A stretch of 55,921 bases of DNA from the NCBI RefSeq assembly GCF_001194135.2, contig NC_068984.1:138549675-138605595 (forward strand). The letters are read 5' to 3'. Position 1 is the stretch's first letter. Every line of letters begins with the position of its first letter. This DNA comes from Octopus bimaculoides. Lineage: Eukaryota. Positions 1 to 10,499 of this stretch are shown here, piece by piece. The notes under the pieces are model-generated. The model searched no databases. It was not told the origin of the DNA and saw only the letters and a list, made by a program, of their open reading frames with translations. A program made the position numbers and the translations under genes.

Positions 1-59
1 AAGCTCTACATTGTATTTGTCCCATCTTCGTTGAGCCCTGTGTGGCTAATAAAAGAAAT

Positions 60-146
60 GTATCTTTCTATCTATCTATCTATCTATCTTTCTATCTAGC
101 TATCTGTCTATCTATCTATCTATCTATCTTTCTATCTAGCTATCTG

Positions 147-198
<52 letters not shown>

Positions 199-307
199 AT
201 ATTTATCAGCCTGCTTGTCTGTCTATCTGTGTATCCATCTATCTATCTACATGTCTGTCTGTCTCTGTCTATCTATCTATCTATCTATCTACTCACTGCC
301 TACTTTT

Positions 308-352
<45 letters not shown>
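60..352. repeat. (TCTA)n/(TCTG)n and (CA)n microsatellites
   Basis: Directly visible simple repeats; they generate ORFs 42..365 and 215..427. Confidence 0.95.
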
Positions 353-354
<2 letters not shown>

Positions 355-817
355 TATCAGAATAAACTCAGATTTAAAGGTTGATATTTTCCTGTGTATT
401 CTGATATTTCGTGACTCTTCTACATAACACCAGCTCGCCCTAAACTTGGTTAACACGGTTTAACACATCAAGGATATAGGAGTGGAATGTTTAACTAAAC
501 CGAGAGAAAAACTCTCTCTCTCTCTCATACACACACATACTGTACATATATACACATATATATACACACATATACTGTATATTTACGCACAGAAGCATGG
601 CTGTACAAGCAAAATAGATAAAACGCAAAACAGAAGTATACATATTTTTATTTTTAATCGGTAAACGTTAGAAAATGTGTCGGTGCCGAGAATTTTGTAT
701 ATGGCACCTATCAGGTGAATGCCATACGCGAAAATCTCGATTCTTGAGTCGCTTTGTAACTTCTGCACACATACAACACCCTGTACACACGCACAAACGC
801 ATGCACATACACATGTG

Positions 818-960
818 ACGCGTGGTGGCCTAGTTCAGTTCTTTGGGTGTTGATCTGATCATACCGCAGTCCTGAGTTTAGTAACTCCCGCACCGGTCGG
901 CGTACGTCATATCTTTGAGCAAAGAGCACTGTTTCACACTGCTCCAGATTGTTCGGTTAC
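818..960 (+). mobile_element. Degenerate tRNA-derived SINE (family C)
   Basis: Head gcgtggtggcctagtt and body ctttgagcaaagagcactgtttcacacttgctccag resemble the copies at 4958 and 54408. Confidence 0.5.
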
Positions 961-1034
961 TAGCAGGCCAATCCTGAACCCAACTGTACATCCTTTATTA
1001 GATTTATAACCCCTAAAAAATTCACTCCATAATT

Positions 1035-1258
1035 GCCCACGGGCATATAGTGTAGTGGTTAAAAGCGCGGGCTACTAACTCCCACGATTCCGAGTTCGAT
1101 TCCAGGCAGTGACCTGAATAATAATAATAATAATAAAAATAATACCATCGAGAAATACCTTAGGAATGAGAACCCCAAGACACCTGATAAAGGCTGGAGG
1201 GTATATCAGCCGAAACGTTGTGTTAATAACAAACAAGATGTAAATAATGTACCAATTC
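1035..1258 (+). mobile_element. tRNA-headed, (AAT)n-spaced, hammerhead-tailed non-autonomous retroelement (family H), copy 1
   Basis: A-box-like tagtgtagtgg 1048-1058, B-box gttcgattcc 1094-1103, (AAT)n, then tail gacacCTGATAAaGGCTGgagggtatatCAGCCGAAACGTTgtgtt. Homologous pieces at 5537-5785, 5786-6000, 11883-11995, 32690-32780, 38375-38416, 41821-42183 and 48512-48651. Confidence 0.8.
1179..1224 (+). ncRNA. Minimal type I hammerhead ribozyme fold, G8>A variant
   Basis: Stem I gacac/gtgtt, core CTGATAA (consensus CUGANGA) plus an extra A, stem II GGCTG/CAGCC, GAAA, loopless palindromic ACGT stem III, GUU triplet. Confidence 0.7.
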
Positions 1259-1870
1259 TCTTATCCTGAACCCACCTGTACATCCTTTATGTTCAAAAGG
1301 GTCCAGTATGAGGAGTCTGAAAGGGCGTCTGTTCGCGATAACAGATGTACCTAATACAATTGGCGAATGCATGATATTACTACCGCTTGCGATCGACGGC
1401 TATACTTTATGCTTCGCAGACATGACTGCGTGCGAAGGAAACTCGCTTTCGGGTTCAGTCTTATGCTAAAACGGAAACTATGAGGAAGCTTGTCATAAAG
1501 ACGTGTGTGTGTGTGTTCCCCACCACCGCTTACGTTTGTTTGTCTATGTCCCCGTAACTTAACGTTTCGGAAAAGGGACAACTACCAGAATTTGAAAAGA
1601 AAAAATACGTAGTGGGGTTGATGTGTTCGCTTAAAGCCCGAGGCAACGCCCCAGTATGGCCGCAGCCCACTGTCTGAAACAAGTAAAAGAAATTAGAAGA
1701 GTTAGTATCTTTATTATCACATTATGCAACGTGTTTTATCCTTTAAAAGAAGTTGTGATGTGAATAGAGAGGGACTTAACTGCTGTTACTAGCAGGCCAG
1801 TTGTCCACATAGAAACCACTTTGTTGGTTCTTCATTACTTTCGTAGAACATAGCAGTACGAATAAGAGCA

Positions 1871-2080
1871 AAGTGCTGGCAGAACCGTTAGCACGCCGGG
1901 CAAAATGCTTAGTGGCATTTCATCTGTCTTTACGTTCTGAGTTCAAATTCTGTTGGGGTCGACTTGACCTTTTATCATTCTGGGGTCGATAAAATAAGTA
2001 CCAGTGGAACACTGTGGTTGATGTAATCGACGTACCCCTTCCCACGAACTTGCTAGCCATGTGCCAAAATTTGAAACCAA
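1871..2080 (+). mobile_element. SINE family A
   Basis: gctggcagaaccgttagcacgccgggc...ctgagttcaaatt...ggggtcgataaaataagtaccagt; many further copies in the window. Confidence 0.8.
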
Positions 2081-2584
2081 TATTTTAATACATAAGCCTA
2101 AAAAGTAGACTAATGTTTTGTGCAAAAGGTAGATTTAGCAAACAAAGCCTGAGAACTGATTTCGATTCCTGGCTGAAGTAAGTTCACTGGGTCCCATTTA
2201 ATACTCTAGGAAAAAGTATCAACGTTACAACTTTTATCCTGTAATCCAGAAGTTTCACATTCCATAATTGAGTTCGATTTGGTTCAATAATTTACAGAGA
2301 ATTGTTTGTTTGTCAAATTCAGGCTTGGCCTTCTCGAATTACATTGCGGACCACTTTAATCACAGAAAGTTTTTTGAGGGCCGCTTGTATTCTGACAGGA
2401 CTGAAAGCATTTTGCTTTCTCATGCTGTTATTACAATAAGGATTGAATGATCGTTAATTCAACATGAAATATTATCGTTCCAAAACAGCAATATCGTTCT
2501 TTTTAAGTTTTCATTACAAACTTCAGTATTTGATAAAATTTTTAAAACGTCTCTTTAAATAAACCCATTTCAAATAAGTATCAA

Positions 2585-2648
2585 GCGGGCCAGAAGATAA
2601 ATGTCTGCGGGCCGTAAGCGGCCCGTGGGCCTCAGGTTGGCCAACCAT
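2585..2648. mobile_element. hAT/Charlie-like terminal fragment
   Basis: gcgggccg...ggcccgtgggcc...ggttggccaacc resembles hAT subterminal motifs (from memory). Confidence 0.35.
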
Positions 2649-3446
2649 GGTTTAATTCACACAGAATACACCGAGAAAATTCTTTCGTTTCTCTCTTTTC
2701 AAATTTAAGTATAGGGCCAGCAGTTTTGAGGGGAGGGAATAATTCGATTACATTGATCCCAGCATTTGTCTAGTACTTTAATGGATTGACCCCCGGATGG
2801 ATGAAGGACAATGGTAATCCCCACGAAATTTGAACCCAGAACGTAATGAGTCAGAGGAATTGCCGCTTAGCACTTAGTCTGAGTTCTACCGGTTCTGACA
2901 CTTGAGAAAATGACAAAATGGAACCTTCGACGGACTCCTCTATGTGGTCGTTCGACCTGCAGATTCACAACGAACCACTTTTAAAATTACCAAGTCTGAA
3001 TGGACACTAGAAAAGATAGCTATCGATGCACCGTATCAGAAAATAAATAAAGGTTGGAGCGGTTCAATCATTGACCTATTCAGTCAAGTCTCACTTGGGA
3101 CTAATCGACGACGAAGAAGACGACGACGGCGACCACGAAGCCTTCAGTGATATCCCGTTTTACCCAAAGTACTGCAGGACAGCTATGCTATAATAAAGTC
3201 TACGTAACAAGGTTTACGATCTCTATGCATCTACGAAAATTGAACAGATTTCTTCTTTTTGCTATTTTTAACTTCTCCATCGATTTTTCACATTAACATA
3301 TCTACTTCCGTTATTGTTAGCTAACACTGATTGGCTGTTTCAGCTAATTCATACATTTTGTATGGATCGTTATAAAGCCAAGTCGGGGTATCAGTTGCAA
3401 TACATAAACTTAGTTTTATGTAATTATATAATAAATCACGATATTC

Positions 3447-3448
3447 AT

Positions 3449-3533
<85 letters not shown>
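3447..3533. repeat. (ATT)n microsatellite
   Basis: Direct; lies next to gap 3567-4445. Confidence 0.95.
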
Positions 3534-3534
<1 letters not shown>

Positions 3535-4445
3535 GTGCAGTACTTCAGATGTAGTAAAACATGTCGNNNNNNNNNNNNNNNNNNNNNNNNNNNNNNNNNN
3601 NNNNNNNNNNNNNNNNNNNNNNNNNNNNNNNNNNNNNNNNNNNNNNNNNNNNNNNNNNNNNNNNNNNNNNNNNNNNNNNNNNNNNNNNNNNNNNNNNNNN
3701 NNNNNNNNNNNNNNNNNNNNNNNNNNNNNNNNNNNNNNNNNNNNNNNNNNNNNNNNNNNNNNNNNNNNNNNNNNNNNNNNNNNNNNNNNNNNNNNNNNNN
3801 NNNNNNNNNNNNNNNNNNNNNNNNNNNNNNNNNNNNNNNNNNNNNNNNNNNNNNNNNNNNNNNNNNNNNNNNNNNNNNNNNNNNNNNNNNNNNNNNNNNN
3901 NNNNNNNNNNNNNNNNNNNNNNNNNNNNNNNNNNNNNNNNNNNNNNNNNNNNNNNNNNNNNNNNNNNNNNNNNNNNNNNNNNNNNNNNNNNNNNNNNNNN
4001 NNNNNNNNNNNNNNNNNNNNNNNNNNNNNNNNNNNNNNNNNNNNNNNNNNNNNNNNNNNNNNNNNNNNNNNNNNNNNNNNNNNNNNNNNNNNNNNNNNNN
4101 NNNNNNNNNNNNNNNNNNNNNNNNNNNNNNNNNNNNNNNNNNNNNNNNNNNNNNNNNNNNNNNNNNNNNNNNNNNNNNNNNNNNNNNNNNNNNNNNNNNN
4201 NNNNNNNNNNNNNNNNNNNNNNNNNNNNNNNNNNNNNNNNNNNNNNNNNNNNNNNNNNNNNNNNNNNNNNNNNNNNNNNNNNNNNNNNNNNNNNNNNNNN
4301 NNNNNNNNNNNNNNNNNNNNNNNNNNNNNNNNNNNNNNNNNNNNNNNNNNNNNNNNNNNNNNNNNNNNNNNNNNNNNNNNNNNNNNNNNNNNNNNNNNNN
4401 NNNNNNNNNNNNNNNNNNNNNNNNNNNNNNNNNNNNNNNNNNNNN

Positions 4446-4890
4446 GTAAAAAATTGTCTTATTTCGATCATTTTAACCAATCACTGACAAGTATTCAGTT
4501 GTTTATATTTACTCCTTTGGCTGATTAAGCGATGTAAAGCGTATTTAATCTCCATACCTTCGTTTTATTTGCTTTTTTTCATTTTAAATTTGCTTTAACC
4601 CTAACCCTAACCCTAACCCTAGGGTTAGGGTTAGGGTTAGGGTTAGGGTTAATAGTTTCAGAATCGTTTGTTTATGTAGTCGGCACTTAATGTATATCGG
4701 CTGAATGGACGTCAGTGATTGGTTGAAATTACAGAAATACGACAACTTTAACATGGAATAACTTAGGGATTTCTTTTTTTTTAAAGAAGACAAAGAGAAA
4801 AAGATGTTTTATATGATACATTCTACCAGTGTTCGAAGTTTCAAAGTGTTTCGTTAATGAAAAATGTGGCCCCCGTTTTAAAAAAGATCC
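4446..4890. mobile_element. Non-autonomous repeat with internal telomere-like palindrome (possibly Helentron/HINE-type)
   Basis: 4705-4890 is homologous to 21975-22160 (both end in aaagatcc). Internal inverted motif aaccaatcactgac/gtcagtgattggtt. Class assignment is inference. Confidence 0.5.
4596..4651. repeat. (TAACCC)4T / (AGGGTT)5A head-to-head telomeric-type palindrome
   Basis: Perfect 25-bp arms with no loop, centred between 4620 and 4621. Confidence 0.95.
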
Positions 4891-4957
4891 TTAATTTGTA
4901 CTGAAATGTGTTACAGCCACTTTCTCTTAGTTTTATCTTTTTAGTTATTTTAGTATA

Positions 4958-5103
4958 GTGAAGGCTCATGGCTTAGTGGTTAGGGCATTCGGCTCACGAG
5001 TGTAAGGTCGTGAGTTCAATTCCTGGCGACGCGTTGTGTCCTTGAGCAAGACACTTTATTCCACGTTGCTCCAGTCTATTCAGCTGGCGAAAATGAATAG
5101 TAC
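4958..5103 (+). mobile_element. SINE family C (tRNA head, CORE-like ccttgagcaagacact motif)
   Basis: A-box tggcttagtgg, B-box gagttcaattcc, then gtgtccttgagcaagacacttta. Confidence 0.75.
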
Positions 5104-5536
5104 CAAGGGTGTGAAGATTTTAGAACATTTATAAATAGGTCTTAGAGCTGTTTCCAGGATATTTATTATTTCCCTTCATCGGAGACAGTGTGAGAAAATG
5201 GTTAAGCAATAGTTAATTTAGATTAGATACGAAATAGAGAGTGAAGTGGAAGAATGAAAATAGATGTGAGATATGCAGGGGTATTGCATTTGTAGATCCA
5301 TTACTTAGGCAGATTCCAATACCTTGTGAGTAAAATCCAACAGTCTTTAAGATTGGTCATTCCAAGTATAGAGTTTGTACATATCTAACACGCGCACACA
5401 CACATATGCACATACACACGCTCGCATAAAGCCACGTATAAACTTTCCCACATGACTAACGAGAGATGTAAGAAGAAAACACAGTTGTGACACCTTGGTT
5501 TTTGGCGTATTTCGTGTCCCAAACTCCTATATATCA

Positions 5537-5785
5537 TTATTTACATTATTTACATTTGACGGATATTTGTCCTCAGCTTGTTTGTTGTTAACGCCACGTT
5601 TCGACTGATATACCTTCCAGCCTTCATCAGGTGTCTTGGAGAAATTTCGAACCTGGGTTCTCATTCCTAAGGTATTTTTCGATGTTGTTATTGTTATTAT
5701 TATTATTATAGGTCACTACTGTCTGGAATCGAACTCGGAATCATGGGGTTAGTAGCCCGCACTCTTAACCACTACGCCACATGCC
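5537..5785 (-). mobile_element. Family H element, copy 2 (head, spacer and tail)
   Basis: Reverse complement gives head, (AAT/AAC)n, ttaggaatgagaacccaggttcgaaatttc, HHR core and tail. Confidence 0.8.
5590..5635 (-). ncRNA. Hammerhead core with intact CUGAUGA and altered cleavage site
   Basis: Minus strand gacacCTGATGAaGGCTGgaaggtatatCAGTCGAAACGTGgcgtt; H17 is G and stem I is disrupted. Confidence 0.6.
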
Positions 5786-6000
5786 TGAAGGCTGGAGGGT
5801 ATATCAGCCGAAACGTTGTGTTATCAACAAACAAGCTGAGGACAAATATCCGTCAAATGTAAATAATGTAAATAATGATATATAGGAGTTTGGGACACGA
5901 AATACGCCAAAAACCAAGGTGTCACAACTGTGTTTTCTTCTTACATCTCTCGTTAGTCATGTGGGAATGTATATAATTCCTCATCTCTTAAATATAAAAC
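5786..6000 (+). mobile_element. Family H tail in inverted orientation, interrupted by a copy of the left flank
   Basis: Starts tgaaggctggagggtatatcagccgaaacgttgtgtt; 5878-5967 is the reverse complement of unique flank 5445-5534; tail resumes tgtatataattcctcatctcttaaatat. Confidence 0.8.
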
Positions 6001-6248
6001 TGTCCTATATATCGGTTTTGCCTTAATATTTTCCCACTATCATAACCTGGGTTTTCTTATATGGTGATGTCTGCGAATATTGAAAAGAAGCGGACAAATT
6101 ACTATGTTTAATAAAATTTAAATGATTTCCAACTATCCGACATCGCCGCGAACGAAAAAGATTTACATGAACGCCAGCTCTGCTTTGTTGCATCTCGGGA
6201 GCGACATTAAACCAACAATAAACACGCGCACTGGTTCTATTTTACTTC

Positions 6249-6317
<69 letters not shown>

Positions 6318-6835
6318 CGAATTCGTTAATATTTAACCAACTAATTAATCGATTGTTCGTTGTATTTAACGTGAATTACTTATATACATTCCATTTGCAG
6401 AGGTGTTTTAACAATATTTAGTAGTTAAAGTTTGTCATTATTAGCTCTGGCTAATTCTAGAGGACATTTTAGNNNNNNNNNNNNNNNNNNNNNNNNNNNN
6501 NNNNNNNNNNNNNNNNNNNNNNNNNNNNNNNNNNNNNNNNNNNNNNNNNNNNNNNNNNNNNNNNNNNNNNNNNNNNNNNNNNNNNNNNNNNNNNNNNNNN
6601 NNNNNNNNNNNNNNNNNNNNNNNNNNNNNNNNNNNNNNNNNNNNNNNNNNNNNNNNNNNNNNNNNNNNNNNNNNNNNNNNNNNNNNNNNNNNNNNNNNNN
6701 NNNNNNNNNNNNNNNNNNNNNNNNNNNNNNNNNNNNNNNNNNNNNNNNNTTTTTTTTCAGCGATCCCCATTTGGGACTTTTCGAAAGATTTATCATAATT
6801 TCTAAAACAATTCACACATGAATAAGATTTAAATA

Positions 6836-7063
6836 TTGGGTTGTCCGGAAAGTTCGTGCCGATTTATAGTAGCTTACCTTTCGACTTATTTGCCATGAAA
6901 CCACCTCTATTCTGGGAAGAGGGTATTTTCAAGTTAAAGGAAAGATGGAGACTCATTGTGCAACAAAATGGTTCATATTTGGTTGATTAAAAATGTAATG
7001 GCAAGTATTTATTGACCTTTTTCTTTCCTTTAAAAATCGGCACGAACTTTCCGGACAACCCAA
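6836..7063 (+). mobile_element. mariner-derived MITE
   Basis: Perfect 30-bp TIRs ttgggttgtccggaaagttcgtgccgattt (6836-6865, 7034-7063) with TA on both sides. 6910-6990 encodes a mariner C-terminus FWEEGIFKLKERWRLIVQQNGSYLVD*. Confidence 0.92.
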
Positions 7064-7130
7064 TACTATATATTATTCTAACACCTAAAACACCTGGCAA
7101 AGCCAGAAAATATGAATAAAAAAATTCGGC

Positions 7131-7178
7131 AGTTAATCGGTTAATCAGTTAATCAGTTAATCGGTTAATCGGTTAATC
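7131..7178. repeat. 8-bp tandem repeat (RGTTAATC)x6
   Basis: agttaatcggttaatcagttaatcagttaatcggttaatcggttaatc. Confidence 0.85.
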
Positions 7179-7961
7179 TGAACAACATTAAACAGCTGAC
7201 TCGGAATAATTATGTGGTGAGAAAAGCTCGGTCTTTGTCACTGACTAATTTTATTGTAATTACTTCCTTAAGTGTGTCCGTGTTTATGTCTGCGTCTGTA
7301 TTTATGTTCAACCGAATAAACCGGTTTCTGTCTCTTTACAAGAAAGCTTAAGTAAGCAATTCGATTAGATAAGATCGAAATAGATACTTGGGTTGAAATG
7401 ATTGATTAAACCACTTCAAGATAGTTACCCAATGACTAAAATAATACTAAGGTAAGAAGAAAAATAAATACAAGATCGAATATAAAATATATGAGAACAT
7501 GCGGCAGGCAACACGTGATACGTTTCGGCTTTGTTCTGAGCTCGTTATAGTTTTCGGCGTATTTGCCGAAACTGTGACTGGAGGATCTCCATGTGTATAT
7601 TCCTATGACTGATAAAACGCAGGTTAGAGTGTTCCTTGCATGGTAGATTAATGTCTTAGTAGGCAGCTAGTGTACCTCTTTTGTAGTTTATAAGATAGAT
7701 ACACATTCGACAGATATGAAAACCTGAAGCTCAGATACGTTTCCAGTAAGAGACCAGCAGATAAGACTTGACTGATATGAAGAAATAGCCATGTTAGAAG
7801 AGGCGTTCTTAACAAATCTCCTTTGAAGAACACTTCCGAAAGTTTTCCAAAAGAATTTGTACGTGTATGGTCTGTGTGTGTGTATGTATATATTAATAGT
7901 AATGGAAAGACAACAGAAGAATGAAAGAGACCTCGATATTATGTAAATAGAGGAATTTATG

Positions 7962-8186
7962 TGCAATATGATATGTGATAATTATTTGGTTGCCATAATA
8001 AAACTCCAAGTTTCGGATGTCCGGACGGAAAACTGCTCCGGCATCTCTTCAGTTACCGAGGCAATCAAAATATGCTCCTTTTGATTGCCTCGTTAACTGA
8101 AGAGATGCCGGAGCAGGTTTCCACCCCGACATCCGAAACTCGGAGTTTTATTATGGCAACCGAATAATTGTCACATATTATATTAC

Positions 8187-8187
<1 letters not shown>
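7962..8187. repeat. 226-bp palindrome (109-bp arms, 8-nt loop) with a hammerhead-like core in each arm
   Basis: Arms 7962-8070 and 8079-8187, about 10 mismatches by hand count. Plus-strand core: CTGAAGA 8097-8103, GATG..CATC stem, GAAA 8135-8138, ACT/AGT stem III. Confidence 0.85.
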
Positions 8188-8235
<48 letters not shown>

Positions 8236-8259
<24 letters not shown>

Positions 8260-8387
8260 ACGGGCTTCTTTCAGTTTCCGTCTACCAAATCCACTCAATA
8301 GGCTTTGGTCGCTTGAGGCTATAATAGAAGACACTTGCCCAAGGCGCTACGCAGCGGGACTGAACCCGGAACCACGTAGTTGGTAAG
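8236..8387 (-). mobile_element. SINE family B, 5' half
   Basis: Reverse complement matches the family B head and ccttgggcaagtgtcttctattatagcc. Confidence 0.8.
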
Positions 8388-8419
8388 GAAACACATATAT
8401 ATGCAAACACATATGTATG

Positions 8420-8464
<45 letters not shown>

Positions 8465-8485
8465 GGATGGATAGATAGATGGATG

Positions 8486-8552
<67 letters not shown>
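8420..8552. repeat. (AGAT)n microsatellite
   Basis: Direct. Confidence 0.95.
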
Positions 8553-8553
<1 letters not shown>

Positions 8554-8787
8554 CAAGGTGTTCAAAACGTCTCTCCGCAGTAAGTATTTAATTGCAAAAC
8601 AAATATAAATTGGCATAAGACTACAAAAGAATATATTAGACTTTACAAGACATTCAAAAACTTTAAAAGAGGTGTCGAAAGTGCCATCTTTCATTTTCAA
8701 TACATAAGTTGGCTCTTCTACACATGTTTTGAAATATATCTTGGAGAGAAAAAAAAATTACTGCGGAGAGACTTTTTGAACACCCTG
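8554..8787. mobile_element. Tc1/mariner-type MITE
   Basis: 30-bp TIRs caaggtgttcaaaacgtctctccgcagtaa and ttactgcggagagactttttgaacaccctg (2 mismatches); TA on the left side. Confidence 0.85.
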
Positions 8788-9411
8788 GATAATGTTTGGC
8801 TTTATGTTAGAATAAAAACGATTTTACTTCAAACTGAAGGATTATTCAATACTTTTGATTGAGTACAGATTTATTATTTTGTAACAATATTACTGACAAT
8901 GACTTGGAAGTTTCGGACAGCTGAGCCTTCATCGGACAGTCCGATGATGACGTAGAGCACACACACGCACACACACATACACACGCACGCATATTAACTA
9001 TATATATACATACACCCGCATTCATATAGACACACATACGGAGATACGTCAAGAGAATATTATGTATGTATGCGTGACCGTCCTTGTTTTCTTATGGGAA
9101 AGAATATATATGAGTTTGTGTACGACAGAAAAAATATATATATATATATACATACATAATATTTACGCGGTATATCGTTATGTAAGACGTGTAAGCTTGT
9201 AAAGTTGTTTTATGTGAGTCATCAGCCGTAGTGTCAGTTACACAAATCTACCTCGAATGGGAAATTTGTGTCGTGACTCACTCTCGACTAACACGTAGTC
9301 AAGTATCAATGGTAGCTTTATTATTATTATTATTAATATTATTATTATTATTATTAGTTAGGGGTTGTGAATGGCCAATATGTGGGTAACCGATTATAGT
9401 TATCTAGTTTG

Positions 9412-9455
<44 letters not shown>

Positions 9456-10029
9456 TCCCCCACGTGTTTACGTTATGGAATTGTAACTAATATCAAGATC
9501 AACCGCATGTTTCCTTCTGGAATTCGATAACAAACTAAGCTAGTTGTCGACTGAATGTGGTTGATTCAATGAACCCCAGACTCGCTTTTAATGAACCGAA
9601 CTCGAATTTTTAGCCTTATTGGCAGAATCGTTAGAGCGCTAAAAAAAAAAGAAAAAGAAAGAAAAAGAAACGGTGTACGGACCTTAGCGGTCTGAGTTCA
9701 AATTTAGCTGATGTCAACTTTGTCATTCATCATCATCATCATCATTGCCGTCATCATTGTCGTCGTCGTTGTCATCGACATCATCATCGTCATCATCATC
9801 ACCAGCATCATCATCACCAGCATCATCACCATCATCATCATCAATCTATGGGCATTTACTGCCTCGGGTCCTAGCAAATCGTGGGGGGTCGGTTACCCAG
9901 TTTCTGCGGGGGTATGAGCGACTGAAAAGGACGCCGCCCCATCGTAGGGTTAACTCATTTACAGCTGAACCGACTGAAGCAGCGTTTACTGAAGTGTTTT
10001 GCTCTCAAGAACACAACGCATCACCCGGT

Positions 10030-10435
10030 TCAGCCGTGCCCGGCGATCATGGCCACGATGACGTTACCGCGGAGAATGGCCAGCGACACTCGTGGCAACA
10101 GCCTCTCCACCTCGCGGGGTTCATTTATCAGATGAGCCAGCGTTATCCCTATTTTGCGGAGGAAATCGGTGGTGCGGAGTTCGAGAACACTTGACGTCTT
10201 CATGATGACCGGTACAAACTGATAGCAGCTGGTCAGACCCCTGTATTTGTTTATTTTTCTTTCTTCTGCGTTACGGGCGGCGACACCCCGAGTTTGCAGC
10301 CAATGCAGCAAGGTTGGAGCCGGAGCACGTGGTGTTGCACGTCGCGTCCCAGAATAGGAATCTTCCCACCTTGTATAAGAAGAGAGTTATTCCGTCGGAG
10401 CGCTTACTGTCCCCGCAGTCAAGACCTACTGACAT
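10030..10435 (-). pseudogene. CRE-clade non-LTR retrotransposon, restriction-like endonuclease (RLE) fragment
   Basis: Frameshifted peptides VGLDCGDSKRSDGITLFLYKVGRFLFWDATC and AARNAEERKINKYRGL...VSLAILRGN match the CRE C-terminal pattern as I recall it. Confidence 0.7.
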
Positions 10436-10499
10436 TTAAGACAGAAAGCCAGCTGCGTCACAAGGGATCGACAATGGTGATCAGATTATATAGATTTTC

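Noticed and set aside
1041-1115. tRNA gene calls for SINE heads (also 4958, 11111, 20983, 33871, 54408)
   Set aside because: A and B boxes are present, but there is no convincing acceptor stem or terminator and each continues into a repeat body.
4596-4651. Telomere-telomere fusion scar
   Set aside because: The order is CCCTAA then TTAGGG, opposite to a fusion; the tract is short and embedded in an interspersed repeat.
9745-10194. 149-aa plus-strand ORF as a gene
   Set aside because: It is made of an (ATC)n tract, a SINE tail and the antisense strand of the CRE fossil.
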